Shown here: positions 23,436 through 33,196 of the stretch, piece by piece
How positions within the stretch are numbered: position 1 is the stretch's first letter
How the letters are laid out: each line of letters begins with the position of its first letter
DNA from: Candidatus Parcubacteria bacterium
Lineage (GTDB): Bacteria; Patescibacteriota; Minisyncoccia; UBA6257; 2-01-FULL-56-20
Assembly: GCA_003599135.1 (NCBI GenBank)
Contig: QZIV01000020.1
Coordinates: 1-50,427 of the forward strand
Direction: 5' to 3'
DNA length: 50,427 bases
The notes under the pieces: generated by a model
Databases searched by the model: none
What the model saw: only the letters and a program-made list of their open reading frames with translations
Told to the model about the DNA's origin: nothing
Made by a program: the position numbers and the translations under genes

Positions 23436-25162
23436 TTCGCGCTTTGAATGCAAGCGAGAAGCTCCGGCGTTTGCGTCCATCCGCATGCGCCGTCTGTCTG
23501 CCGCTCGCATTTCGCAGCCCTGTAGCAGGCATATGCCTCTGTCCACTCGCACGTCGAGACGGCGTCGGGCGTATCCGAGCAGATCTGCCCGCTGCAGCCG
23601 CCGACAAAACAACCACCCGAAGCCCTCGGCTCTTCTTTTCCTCCCGGAAACCGGACCGGCACTCTCAGTTCCGCATCGTGCTCCGGAAGTCCGGATGGAT
23701 TGTCTTTCCGAAAAACCACTGTGCCGTTCGGATGCTTCGGAGTCTTGTAGTCAATCGTCGTGCGGAAAGGCACAAAGTCCGTCGTCATCCACTCCCCTTG
23801 CGCTTGGGCGATCCCGACCCCGAGACTCGAACCGTCGCCGTCCAAAATCTCTATCGGGAACGATGCCTCAAAATACCAGTTCCCGCGGGCTTCCCCCGCA
23901 ACCACAACCGGACGGGCTATAACCTGGTCTGGCCGCGGCTCGCTCACGTGAATAAGGTCTGATACATCTTTCTCGGCTACCGACCCTCTATACGCTACCT
24001 TGTAGATGACGCCGGCCTTGTCGTCGGTAATGTACATTACGCCGCCGGGCTCGGTAACAATATCCACCGGCCTCCCTAATGCGCCGTCCTTCGTAAGCCA
24101 CCCTGCAATAAAATCTTCCGTGCCTTCATACTTGCCGTGCGCGTCAAGTTTTATCCGAACCACCTTGTATCCGGTCGGCACGCTCCGGTTCCACGAACCG
24201 TGATACGCAACGATGAGATCGTACCAGTACTCTTCGGGCCAGCCCTCCTCGGGAATAAACGCAAGGCCGAGCGCCGCAGAATGAGCCGGAATATCGACAT
24301 GACTCGGCATCTCAAAAGGCTCCATGCAGGGGTTGCGAACATAGGTGTTTTTATCAAAATCCGTGTCGTGAATATTTTTGCCGTAGCAGGTCGGCCAACC
24401 GTAATTCTTTCCTTCCTCAATGACATTTATTTCATCTGGAGGGACATCATCACCAAGTAAATCCCGTCCCATCTCCGTCGCCCACATCTTGCCGTCAACG
24501 TAACTCCAGTCAAAAAAGACCGCGTTCCGAAGTCCCCGAGCAAATTCTTTAAAATCGCTCCCGTCGCGGTTCATGGAGAAAATCTTTGCTCGACGATTAT
24601 CCAACTCGATGCAGACATTGCAAGATGATCCAATTGAAACGTACAAGCGATCGTCCGGTCCGAAACCGATCGTCCGCGTAAAGTGTCCGTCGCCGGCCGG
24701 AAGATCGGCGATCTTCTCCGGAGGCCCCTCTGAATATGTCGGAACCCGAGAAATTTTATCCTCTTCGGCAAAATAGAGCATGAACGGGCTTTGGGGGTCG
24801 AACGCCAGGCCGTGGGGTTTCCGTAGTCCCCGAAAAACCGGGTCGTGCCGCACGACTTTTCCGTCTTGGACCTCAAGAAGCGAGATCATCCCCTCCGAAG
24901 TTTGACTCACCCACCAATTGCCGAAGGGATCTTTTTCCATCACGCGAACTCCTGGTAAGTCTTTTGCAAAAATTTCGATCGAAAAACCCGCTGGCACTCT
25001 AAGAGGCATACCTGTCATATTGATGACCTCGGAAATATCCCCTGGTGGCTTCGTAACCGAGGGTCCGATCCCTCGAAGATTTTCCGAATAGAACTTTACG
25101 GCCCACACAACGACAACAAGGGCGACCGCCCCGACTACGGCTGTGAAAACTCGCTTCGCCAT
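23432..25162 (-). CDS. PQQ-dependent sugar (glucose/sorbosone) dehydrogenase-like beta-propeller fused to Ig-like and Cys-rich C-terminal domains
   Basis: 576 aa with a signal anchor. 'NYGWPTCYG' type motif of the soluble GDH family. C-terminal ~170 aa: a Gmad2-like segment ('GNWYFEASFPIEILD...') then an 8-Cys module 'GGCFVGGCSGQICS...CEW..AC....KC......CGW......C'. Confidence 0.75.
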   Translation of the reverse strand: MAKRVFTAVVGAVALVVVVWAVKFYSENLRGIGPSVTKPPGDISEVINMTGMPLRVPAGFSIEIFAKDLPGVRVMEKDPFGNWWVSQTSEGMISLLEVQDGKVVRHDPVFRGLRKPHGLAFDPQSPFMLYFAEEDKISRVPTYSEGPPEKIADLPAGDGHFTRTIGFGPDDRLYVSIGSSCNVCIELDNRRAKIFSMNRDGSDFKEFARGLRNAVFFDWSYVDGKMWATEMGRDLLGDDVPPDEINVIEEGKNYGWPTCYGKNIHDTDFDKNTYVRNPCMEPFEMPSHVDIPAHSAALGLAFIPEEGWPEEYWYDLIVAYHGSWNRSVPTGYKVVRIKLDAHGKYEGTEDFIAGWLTKDGALGRPVDIVTEPGGVMYITDDKAGVIYKVAYRGSVAEKDVSDLIHVSEPRPDQVIARPVVVAGEARGNWYFEASFPIEILDGDGSSLGVGIAQAQGEWMTTDFVPFRTTIDYKTPKHPNGTVVFRKDNPSGLPEHDAELRVPVRFPGGKEEPRASGGCFVGGCSGQICSDTPDAVSTCEWTEAYACYRAAKCERQTDGACGWTQTPELLACIQSAK

Positions 25163-25166
25163 GCGA

Positions 25167-25637
25167 TTATTTTACTCCCAAAAGTTCGACGGTAAACGTA
25201 AGCGTCGCCTGGGGAGGAATCGGTCCGTAACCGGATGCACCGTACCCAAGTTCGGGAGGAATGGTAAGCAGGCGTTTCCCGCCCACTTTCATTCCCAAGA
25301 GTCCGAGATCCCACCCTTGAATTACGCTACCCTCTCCCAGAGTAAATTCGAACGGTTGTCCCCTATCATAGGAGCTGTCAAATTTCGTTCCATCTTCAAG
25401 CGTCCCCGCGTAGTGAACAGTAACCATTTTCCCGTTTATGGCTTCCGCACCATTTCCAACCACGACGTCTTCGCGGATGAACTTTTTCATGATATTTTCG
25501 CGTTCCATTTGGATTCTTTCCTGCTCTTCCTGTGTCGCCTGCTCCGTTTTCTTGTCGAGCCGGTTGTTGTATGCCACTCCTCCCCAGAGAAGCAAAGCGG
25601 CAAGAAAAGCAAAAATGACTATATGTGTCTTAGGCAT
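25167..25637 (-). CDS. FKBP-type peptidyl-prolyl isomerase, membrane anchored
   Basis: Start ATG 25637 ([18 protein letters not shown]). '[39 protein letters not shown]...[15 protein letters not shown]'. Confidence 0.9.
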   Translation of the reverse strand: MPKTHIVIFAFLAALLLWGGVAYNNRLDKKTEQATQEEQERIQMERENIMKKFIREDVVVGNGAEAINGKMVTVHYAGTLEDGTKFDSSYDRGQPFEFTLGEGSVIQGWDLGLLGMKVGGKRLLTIPPELGYGASGYGPIPPQATLTFTVELLGVK

Positions 25638-26253
25638 TCGGAGATTCAGTATAGCGCACTTCGGGCCGTTTTCGAAACTTGTAGAGCCACAGATACACGG
25701 CGATAAGGAACGAATAGTTGACAACCATAAAAATGGGATCGGCCCAGCTTATACCGTTCACATGCGTCTCGGAGAATGGGAAAAGGAGCGGGGTTGGAAA
25801 GAATTTGTCGGAATGGCTGAACACATCCGTTACGATGTGGAGTCCCCACCCTCCAATCAGCCAGTAAGGACGGCCGCGCAGGAGCCACAATACAAGAAAA
25901 ATTCCCGCAAATATCACGAGACTGTGTGTGAAGTCGTAAAGTGTATACACGTACGAAGGGATAAGGCTCGGATCGGGCGGCCCCGCCGGAGCCTTGATGA
26001 GGTTATCGGAAATGATGGCGGAATTCTGTGCCAACTCCGCCAGTTCTGACTTGATGCGGGCCTGGGCATACGGCCAAAGCGTACCCGTCGTGAAAAGGTT
26101 GATCACAAAAAAAATGCCGAAAGAAAAAAGATCCGGGGCGACGCCGAAAAAAACCGCGATCCACGTGTCTTTCCGAGAACGCTTCCTTTTTTTGGCTTGT
26201 GCGGCAGATTCGAAGACGGCGTTCGTCCACAGCCCATGGGCGAGAATATCCAT
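25630..26253 (-). CDS. Membrane protein, possibly YdjM/DUF457-like metal-dependent hydrolase
   Basis: 207 aa, polytopic, starting 'MDILAHGLW', with several conserved-looking His. The assignment is tentative. Confidence 0.45.
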   Translation of the reverse strand: MDILAHGLWTNAVFESAAQAKKRKRSRKDTWIAVFFGVAPDLFSFGIFFVINLFTTGTLWPYAQARIKSELAELAQNSAIISDNLIKAPAGPPDPSLIPSYVYTLYDFTHSLVIFAGIFLVLWLLRGRPYWLIGGWGLHIVTDVFSHSDKFFPTPLLFPFSETHVNGISWADPIFMVVNYSFLIAVYLWLYKFRKRPEVRYTESPNA

Positions 26254-26265
26254 TTTCGTATTACT

Positions 26266-26586
26266 CTATCTAATTTTCGTACCCGGCGCCACTTCTCTGT
26301 CGAGGCCAAGAAGAACCGGTTCGCCGTTTTCATCGGATGCGGCGAGAAGCATACCGTTACTCTCTTCGCCCATAAGCTTTCTCGGATCGAGGTTCGCTAT
26401 TATCACAATTTCCTTCCCTACAAGCTCATCGGGGGCGTACGCCTTCCCCACTCCCGCGACAATCTGACGCTCTTCTTCTCCCAGAGTCACACGAAGTTTC
26501 ACAAGTTTTTCGGATCCTCCCAGTCGGTCCGCGGAAAGAACCCTCGCAATCCGCAAATCGGCTTTTTGAAATTCTTCGAGCGTCAT
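26266..26586 (-). CDS. tRNA-binding domain protein (CsaA/Trbp111/MetRS-C-terminal-like)
   Basis: Start ATG 26586 (MTLEEFQKADLRIARV...). 'GKEIVIIANLDPRKLMGEESNGMLLAA'. Confidence 0.8.
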   Translation of the reverse strand: MTLEEFQKADLRIARVLSADRLGGSEKLVKLRVTLGEEERQIVAGVGKAYAPDELVGKEIVIIANLDPRKLMGEESNGMLLAASDENGEPVLLGLDREVAPGTKIR

Positions 26587-26665
26587 ATCGGTCAAGTCTA
26601 ACAAACGGGAAAAGATTAATCAAAAATCCCGCCGGCTGGCGAGATTTTTTTCAAAAGGGTTTCTC

Positions 26666-27256
26666 CTATCTGATTCCAAATCTTTCGAGCAGCGGCCGGA
26701 GCCACGCAGGGCCTCGGAAATTTCTCGAGCCGCGACTCTCCTCTCTTTCCTCTCGACGCTCCTCTTTCTTTTCTTCTTTCAGATCCTTGCGAATCTCCTT
26801 TTCTATCTTTTTCTCGATCTTTGCCGACGCGTCACCGATTTGCATTATCGAGAAGTCCCTCACTGAACTTGCATCGATAGTGAACGAGGCGTTTGCGTCG
26901 ATTTTCCCCCGAACCCTCGTAACATCTCCGACTTTAAACTCGGAAAGGTTAGCTTTCCCGCCGAACCGACGCATAAGCTCTGTGCTCGAAGACAGCCGGG
27001 CCGTCCAGACGCCTCCCCAGCTCTTCACCGTAAGCGAACTCGAAGTTATCCCCGTGAGCGTCCCTTGGAGAAGGGCGTTCCCGGACGGAGTGATTTCGAT
27101 TTTCAACCCCGGCATCTCGAGAACCTGAGGAGTCGAAGTTGCAACCGGAGGCGTCGAGGTGGCCGTGGATGTCGCTTGCGCTCCGGCAAGAGATGCAACT
27201 CCCAAAACAGCTAATCCGACAATGCCCGCAATAACATTTGTTGTTTTGTTTTTCAT
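26666..27256 (-). CDS. Secreted hypothetical protein with charged C-terminal tail
   Basis: Start ATG 27256. Signal peptide, Thr/Ser-rich linker, a beta-rich domain, then 'KKIEKEIRKDLKEEKKEERREEREE'. Confidence 0.5.
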   Translation of the reverse strand: MKNKTTNVIAGIVGLAVLGVASLAGAQATSTATSTPPVATSTPQVLEMPGLKIEITPSGNALLQGTLTGITSSSLTVKSWGGVWTARLSSSTELMRRFGGKANLSEFKVGDVTRVRGKIDANASFTIDASSVRDFSIMQIGDASAKIEKKIEKEIRKDLKEEKKEERREEREESRGSRNFRGPAWLRPLLERFGIR

Positions 27257-27324
27257 ATAAGGCAAGAGTGCATTACGACCTTTGCCTTATATGTGACGAC
27301 GAGAGGTGCTCTCTCTTACGTGCC

Positions 27325-27816
27325 TTAAAAGAATCTTTGCCACTCAGCTTTTTGACCTTTCCGCTTGCGATCCGCCATTACCAATTCATCATAAATTCCG
27401 TCAATAAGATTGTATTTTTTGGCTTCCTCTAGAGAAACCCAGGCATATTCGTCGGCTTCTTCCTTCTGTAGAACAACATCTCCGGAAACGTAATCGGCTA
27501 CGCAGGAGATGACGAGTGACGGCACCCCCTCCGGATGCACGTTCGCAAGACTTGTAACATACTCTACATTCGCGATCTTCAAACCAACCTCTTCGCGGAC
27601 CTCGCGTGCCAGAGTTTTTTCCAAAACGTTATACCAATAATACTCGGTGTCTTTTGGTAAATGAATATAATCCGATGGTTCTAGTCTGCCGCCCGGCACC
27701 GTCCACATTCCGGGGAACCGCTTTTTCGTCTGCGCCCTCCGTGTAATTAAAAACTTACCGTCTTTCACGACGATAGCAGTAATTGCGACTTCGTATAAAT
27801 TCTTATTTTCGCTCAT
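27325..27816 (-). CDS. NUDIX hydrolase
   Basis: 'GGRLEPSD......EKTLAREVREEVGL' Nudix box. Confidence 0.85.
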   Translation of the reverse strand: MSENKNLYEVAITAIVVKDGKFLITRRAQTKKRFPGMWTVPGGRLEPSDYIHLPKDTEYYWYNVLEKTLAREVREEVGLKIANVEYVTSLANVHPEGVPSLVISCVADYVSGDVVLQKEEADEYAWVSLEEAKKYNLIDGIYDELVMADRKRKGQKAEWQRFF

Positions 27817-28429
27817 AGAACGAGTATGCGGTTAATCCCAGCATAGCTCCCAGCGCCTGTAAGGCCATGTCTTTTTGAGTATCCCATATGTCTCCCTGAA
27901 AACCCAGGAATGCGAGACCTTCCTCTGGCTCCAAAAGAACCCCTGCCACAAACTCGCCGACCTCGTAAAGTGTGCCGAGCGAAACAATGACCCCGAATGC
28001 CGCCGCGTTGCGAACAAGAACGGAGCCAGTAAGTTCGCGATCAAAAAGTTCTCTCGCGACGCCGGCCATAAGCAATCCGTAAAGGAAATGCACCATGCGA
28101 TCGTAGTGGTTGCGATCCCACTCGAACAGTTGAGAAAACCAGTTTCCCCACGGCGTCGAGCCGTACGTATAATGCGAAGCCGCGACGTGAAGAACTGCAA
28201 AAATGAAAATTAAAACATATGCGGTATTCGAAAGCCGGAATCTATAGTAACTCCACACTACCGCCGGAACGAAAATAAAAACGATGAAATTTTCGTACAA
28301 CCACGGAAAAGGATGGAGGGGATCAATTGCGAAGAAGATCCAAATACCAACGAAAACCCAGAACAGAATATGCGGGAGGTCAGATAAACTTTTGCTCATT
28401 GCAATTATTCTATCATCCCGAGAACTCAT
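27803..28429 (-). CDS. Membrane protein, DUF2238/YjdF-like (tentative)
   Basis: 208 aa, polytopic. 'HVAASHYTYGSTPWGNWF' and 'NHYDRMVHFLYGLL'. Confidence 0.5.
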   Translation of the reverse strand: MSSRDDRIIAMSKSLSDLPHILFWVFVGIWIFFAIDPLHPFPWLYENFIVFIFVPAVVWSYYRFRLSNTAYVLIFIFAVLHVAASHYTYGSTPWGNWFSQLFEWDRNHYDRMVHFLYGLLMAGVARELFDRELTGSVLVRNAAAFGVIVSLGTLYEVGEFVAGVLLEPEEGLAFLGFQGDIWDTQKDMALQALGAMLGLTAYSFYERK

Positions 28430-28436
28430 CTTCTCT

Positions 28437-30182
28437 CTATTTCAACCGCATTCCTCCCTGCTCTCGCCACAACGCCGCATAGAGCCCGCGCTTCCGAAGA
28501 AGCGACCGGTGGCTTCCCTCTTCAACCACTTTCCCTTTCTCGAGAACATAAATTATATCGGCATGAGCAATTGTCGAGAGCCGGTGCGCAACAAGAACCG
28601 TTATTACACTCGGCCGAACCCGTTCGATCTCTCGTATCGTCTGCGTAATCGCCTTCTCGGAAATGGAATCCAAACTGCTCGTCGCTTCGTCGAAAATAAT
28701 GAGATCGGGATCGCGAAGCAGAGCCCGCGCGATTGCAAGCCGCTGGCGCTCTCCTCCCGAAAGCTTGATGCCGCCCTCTCCGATTTTCGTCTCGAGTCCG
28801 GCGTTGCCGCGAGCAAGGATCGGGGTCGCCGACGCGAGTTCTAGGGCTCTCATGCAGTCTTCGTCCGACGCTCCGGGGTTCACGAAAAGAAGGTTCTCGC
28901 GGATCGTCCCCGCGAAAAGCTGTGTTTCCTGGGAAACGTATCCGATGCGCTTCCGGAACGCTTCGTAGTCGAGGTTCTTGCCGGAAACGCCGTTTATAAA
29001 AATGTCGCCTGACTTTGGCCGATACAGACCGACGAGGAGCTTCACAAGCGTCGTTTTCCCGGACCCAGACGGCCCCACGAACGCAACCGTTTCCCCGCCG
29101 CGGAGCAAGAAGCGAACATGTCTTACCGCAGACACGATATTGCTATATGAGAAAGAAACATTCTTGAACTCGATCTTACGAAGCGGCCCAGGGTCGCTTG
29201 CGTGCATCGGTTTCGGCTCCGGAGGCATCCGCAAGACCTCCTCCAAAACCTCCAAGCTAGCGTTCGCCTCTTGATACACGGAGGACAGATTCCCAAACTC
29301 TGCCAGCGGATTAAAAATAAAAAATGAATAAAAAAGCAAACTAAAAAATTCTCCCAACGACATCTCCCCCGCAAATAAGAGGTAGAGCATGATGAACATG
29401 AGGAGAGATCGCAGCGCGTTCACCATCGTTCCCTGGGTAAAGGTGAGTTTTCTCACCATTTTCACCTTTTGGAGTTCGAGATCGAGGATCAATTCGTTTA
29501 CCTCGTTCAGGCGCTTCGTCTCCTGATTCTCAAGTCCCAAACTTTTCACCAACTCGACATTGCGCAGGGTCTCCGTGGTGGAACCGGCGAGTCCCGCCGT
29601 CTCGGTTACAATGCGCTTCTGCGCCGCCTTGATGCGCCGACCGATGACGTAGGCCATCCCGCCAAGAACCGGTATCACAAGAAAATACGTGATTCCCACC
29701 AACCAATGCACGACGAACGCGTACGCGAGCACAAAGATGATGCCGACAAGAGAAAAGAATCCGATGTTGATGACGAGCGTGATGAAGGATTGACTGTCGG
29801 ATCTCGCCTTTTGCAGCTTTTGAAGCAACTCGCCCGAACGTTGGTCTTCGAAGGTAAAGTACGGCAGGGAAAACGAGTGATTGACGCTCTCAGCGTACAT
29901 TTTCGCGCCTACTCGTTGAGTGATGACGTTTACGTAATAGTCCTGGAAATTCTTTGCGACCCGAGAAACGAAGGCGACCCCCATTGCCCCAAAAAGCAGC
30001 GTGAGCACCCCTCGGATAAAATACGATTTCTCGAGTTCGAGCGCCTTCGTCGCATAGTCGTCTATGATCAGCCGGAATATTTGCGGATCGAGGAGTGAAA
30101 AAATCTGGTTGACCGCGGCAAGGGCGAGCGCCCCGAAAAGCACAGATTTCTGTTCTTTGATGTATCGAAAAAGCAGTTCCAC
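28437..30182 (-). CDS. ABC exporter, fused permease/ATPase (MsbA-like)
   Basis: 581 aa with a 6-TM N-terminal half. 'GPSGSGKTT', 'LSGGERQRLAIARA' and 'IIFDEATSSLD'. GTG start, with TGGTAGAAT (comp. 30200-30192) 9 nt upstream. Confidence 0.9.
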   Translation of the reverse strand: MELLFRYIKEQKSVLFGALALAAVNQIFSLLDPQIFRLIIDDYATKALELEKSYFIRGVLTLLFGAMGVAFVSRVAKNFQDYYVNVITQRVGAKMYAESVNHSFSLPYFTFEDQRSGELLQKLQKARSDSQSFITLVINIGFFSLVGIIFVLAYAFVVHWLVGITYFLVIPVLGGMAYVIGRRIKAAQKRIVTETAGLAGSTTETLRNVELVKSLGLENQETKRLNEVNELILDLELQKVKMVRKLTFTQGTMVNALRSLLMFIMLYLLFAGEMSLGEFFSLLFYSFFIFNPLAEFGNLSSVYQEANASLEVLEEVLRMPPEPKPMHASDPGPLRKIEFKNVSFSYSNIVSAVRHVRFLLRGGETVAFVGPSGSGKTTLVKLLVGLYRPKSGDIFINGVSGKNLDYEAFRKRIGYVSQETQLFAGTIRENLLFVNPGASDEDCMRALELASATPILARGNAGLETKIGEGGIKLSGGERQRLAIARALLRDPDLIIFDEATSSLDSISEKAITQTIREIERVRPSVITVLVAHRLSTIAHADIIYVLEKGKVVEEGSHRSLLRKRGLYAALWREQGGMRLK

Positions 30183-30478
30183 GTTAGAAAAATTCTACCA
30201 CATGAAATGAACAAGGCCCTCCACGTTGTGGGGGCCCTGCGAAGAGCACTCTGGGTGCTCACATTGGTATTCGGTGGGATACGATTCAAGAACGGCTTCC
30301 TTTCATGTTTGTTTTTGGCTTCCTCGTCGAGGAACGCCTCACAATAGCCTTGAATCCGGCGGCTTCTGTATAACTTAACTCGAGAGGTAAGCAGAGAACT
30401 TTGAAGCTGTTCTTCTCTCTTCCCACATGACCGTTGTCAATATTCGCTGTTTTTAGTATACAACAATTCCAATAAAAA

Positions 30479-30503
30479 GCCCCCCACCAGTCTGGTGGGG
30501 GGC
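30479..30503 (-). terminator. Rho-independent terminator of the RRM gene
   Basis: GCCCCCCACCAG / CTGGTGGGGGGC stem, followed on the minus strand by TTTTTATT. Confidence 0.8.
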
Positions 30504-30518
30504 CTAAAAGCTTAGCTT

Positions 30519-30809
30519 TTAACCTCTGTCCCGGAAACCGCCGCGCCGCGGGGGCCTATCCCCCATCGGCTTGGCTTCATTCACGGTGAGGCGACGGCCG
30601 TCCAATTCTTTGCCGTTCCACATCTCGATCGCTTTCTCTGCCTCTTCGTCGTTCGTCATCTCCACAAAGCCGAAACCTCGCGAGCGGCCCGTCATCTTGT
30701 CTGTGATGACTGTTGCCGACGTCACGGTCCCTGCCTGTGCAAATGCGTCCTGAAGGCTCTGTTGCGTCGTCGAGTAGGACAAACCGCCAACATATAACTT
30801 CTTAGCCAC
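30519..30809 (-). CDS. RRM-type RNA-binding protein with Arg/Gly tail
   Basis: RNP-2 'LYVGGL' and RNP-1 'RGFGFVEM', with C-terminal 'RPPRRGGFRDRG'. GTG start. Confidence 0.9.
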   Translation of the reverse strand: MAKKLYVGGLSYSTTQQSLQDAFAQAGTVTSATVITDKMTGRSRGFGFVEMTNDEEAEKAIEMWNGKELDGRRLTVNEAKPMGDRPPRRGGFRDRG

Positions 30810-30938
30810 GTTTACGTTATGTGTGTACTGCGTAAGCCGACCTGCTTCTCACCCGTCTTCTACTGCACCAACAAATCGCTTTGGAGGCTCCCTTAAGAGG
30901 GTTAGAAAACTCGCTTGAGAAAACTTACTGCACCGAGC

Positions 30939-30967
30939 ATTGTACCATATAGGTTTTTGGGAGTCAA
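30939..30967 (-). promoter_or_regulatory. Near-consensus promoter giving a ~125-nt leader to the RRM gene
   Basis: On the minus strand: TTGACT (30967-30962), 17 nt, TACAAT (30944-30939). Confidence 0.5.
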
Positions 30968-31011
30968 GCTCCGGGCGCCAGCAACCCTCCTTGTGCCTGA
31001 GAAGCCTTGTT

Positions 31012-31572
31012 TTACTTAGCTCCGCGCTTCAAAAAGTCACGATGACTCAAGACCGCAAAGATGATTGCTAAAACCCCTAAAAATCCAAGAAAATAGTAGA
31101 AGCCCATCTCAAGAGATCTCGACCCGAAGTAGTATACGAAAAGCATCGTAGGTATGTTCCCGACGAGCGTTGCCCAGAAGAATTTCCAAAAGCCGATTTT
31201 TGTGAACCCGGCCGCGTAACTTACGTAATCGAACGCCGGATTCGACGGCAGGCGAAGCGCAACAAGCGTCCAGAACTTCGTTTTCTCTGAAACTTTCCCT
31301 TCCCATTCGTGAACCCTCTCGAGGAGAGGAATCTTCCTGGCGATGGGCTCGCGCAGTTTTCTTGCAATAAGAAACGCAAGCATCGCACCGAGCATGATGC
31401 CCGCTTCGCCGTAGAGGAACCCTATAAACCATCCGAAGGTTGCAATTCCAAGCAAGTCGATGAAAACGCCCGGGATCGGAGGTATCAAAACTCCCAAAGA
31501 TCGCGCTAGCATAAAAACAACCGGTGAGACGCCCGGGTACTGAGCGAGAATATTTGCGAGCATCGTTTCCAT
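31012..31572 (-). CDS. TVP38/TMEM64 (DedA-related) membrane protein
   Basis: 186 aa, polytopic. 'LARSLGVLIPPIPGVFIDLLGIATFG' and 'VGNIPTMLFVYYFG'. Confidence 0.7.
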   Translation of the reverse strand: METMLANILAQYPGVSPVVFMLARSLGVLIPPIPGVFIDLLGIATFGWFIGFLYGEAGIMLGAMLAFLIARKLREPIARKIPLLERVHEWEGKVSEKTKFWTLVALRLPSNPAFDYVSYAAGFTKIGFWKFFWATLVGNIPTMLFVYYFGSRSLEMGFYYFLGFLGVLAIIFAVLSHRDFLKRGAK

Positions 31573-31612
31573 GTATCGTTCTCACTCACCATACACGAGG
31601 AAACGAGCGAGG

Positions 31613-32086
31613 TCAAAGCTTGGAGACATCAAAAAACATTCCAACGACTCGGTCAAAATTCGGAACGGTATCGAACTGGGAAACCTCCTTCGGATGTATC
31701 CATCGGTACTCTTGCGCTTCCCAATCGATTTTCACTCTATCGGTCTTCACTTCAACAAGCACCGGATTCACTATCCACTGCTTATCGTACATCGGTTCTT
31801 CAAACTCAAAACTCTCGCCTCTCCTTAAAGAAACAATCTCGCCATCAGTAATTCCGGTCTCCTCTCGCACTTCCTCGCGGGCTTTATCCTCGATACTCTT
31901 CCCATCCTCGAGAAATCCCGAAATGCCGTTCCATTTACCTGGATAAAATCGCATCGTGGAACTCCGCTTCACAATGAGAATTTTGTCGCCGAATTTTACG
32001 ACGCAGTTTACCGTCGGCGCCCGCCGGACGTTCGTGTAGTCAGTCTGGCCAGGTTTCGGTTCAAATTGTGACTGACCAGTAGTCAT
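31613..32086 (-). CDS. NUDIX hydrolase
   Basis: Start ATG 32086 (MTTGQSQF...), 2 nt after the upstream stop. 'GFLEDGKSIEDKAREEVREETGI'. Confidence 0.8.
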   Translation of the reverse strand: MTTGQSQFEPKPGQTDYTNVRRAPTVNCVVKFGDKILIVKRSSTMRFYPGKWNGISGFLEDGKSIEDKAREEVREETGITDGEIVSLRRGESFEFEEPMYDKQWIVNPVLVEVKTDRVKIDWEAQEYRWIHPKEVSQFDTVPNFDRVVGMFFDVSKL

Positions 32087-32088
32087 CT

Positions 32089-32856
32089 TTATACAGGGCG
32101 CCCCCACAAACGCCCGACCGCAAAGCCGAGCGCAGCCGCAAGAACGAGTGCCAAGATCATTTCTATTCCGTTCCTTTCTTGTGCTTCCCGCACTTGCATC
32201 TCAAACGTTGCTTCGCGGACGGCGTCCGGCTTTGCTGCTTCCCAGAATTCGTATCCGATCCTGTAGAAACCGGACTTCGAGAACGTGTATTCCATCTCAT
32301 AGAGTCCGATCTCCGTAATTCCTTTGGGTTCTGCAGAAAAAACCTGCTGTTCCCTGCCGTCTTCAAACACTTCCTCGATACTTACTGCAACGAGAACCCC
32401 TTCTTCCGGCGCAAAGCCGCGAAGATCGCGAAGATAAAACTTCATCTTTACGAGTTCCCCGGTAAACGGCGACCGCGGTTCCGGGACGAACCGCACAACG
32501 TGCGTTCCCGCGTACTCGCCGAACGGAACGTGGGCACGTACTTCGAGTACTCCACCGAAAAGTGTAACTGCGAGAACGAGAATGGCCACTAAACTACTGC
32601 TTCGATGAAATATCTTCAACCAGAGTTTTTTAAAAAAGGGCATCGTGAGCGTTGAAATCATGAACGCAGCCGCTGGAACGATCGCGTTCAGCCAGGGATT
32701 CAAAATTCCTATCGCCCACAGATACACACCAACCGAGAGATAGGTAAAAAACGTAAGGAGGATTCTCCTTGTCCAACTTATCTCCCAGGCCTTGTCAATT
32801 TCCACTTTTTTGTTCCTTTCTTCTACTTTTTGGATTCGTTGCTCTAGGTTTTCCAT
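32089..32856 (-). CDS. Hypothetical membrane protein (N-terminal coiled-coil/2-TM module plus beta-rich domain plus C-terminal TM)
   Basis: 255 aa. 'MENLEQRIQKVEERNKKVEIDKAWEISWTRR' followed by hydrophobic helices. No family assigned. Confidence 0.5.
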   Translation of the reverse strand: MENLEQRIQKVEERNKKVEIDKAWEISWTRRILLTFFTYLSVGVYLWAIGILNPWLNAIVPAAAFMISTLTMPFFKKLWLKIFHRSSSLVAILVLAVTLFGGVLEVRAHVPFGEYAGTHVVRFVPEPRSPFTGELVKMKFYLRDLRGFAPEEGVLVAVSIEEVFEDGREQQVFSAEPKGITEIGLYEMEYTFSKSGFYRIGYEFWEAAKPDAVREATFEMQVREAQERNGIEMILALVLAAALGFAVGRLWGRPV

Positions 32857-32872
32857 AATCAGCTTTTATTCT

Positions 32873-33160
32873 TCACCGCGGCAGCGCGGAATCTTTCCAA
32901 TTCCACCACTTGAGGAGTCGTGGATTGTGTTTCTTATTCGAGGCGTAATACACCGCGCATCTCATAATATAGAGCATACACCGGTCAATGTGTTTTCCCT
33001 CGTACGCGCATAGTTTTCGATACAGTCGCTCGGGATTTTTGCCCCGTAAATCCTTCACCGACCGGATTCCGAGATTCCATAGATCTACTGCGATTTCTTT
33101 CCCGACGCCAGGAATCGTCTTTAGTTCTCGAAGAGCTAGTTCTTTAGTTTTGCTTCTCAT
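32873..33160 (-). CDS. Helix-hairpin-helix protein (Cdd1-like)
   Basis: 95 aa. 'LKTIPGVGKEIAVDLWNLGIRSVKDL' and a conserved-looking Cys/Trp-rich C-terminus. Confidence 0.6.
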   Translation of the reverse strand: MRSKTKELALRELKTIPGVGKEIAVDLWNLGIRSVKDLRGKNPERLYRKLCAYEGKHIDRCMLYIMRCAVYYASNKKHNPRLLKWWNWKDSALPR

Positions 33161-33196
33161 GACACTTTTTATACTTTTTCCCTTAACCGTCCGCGT

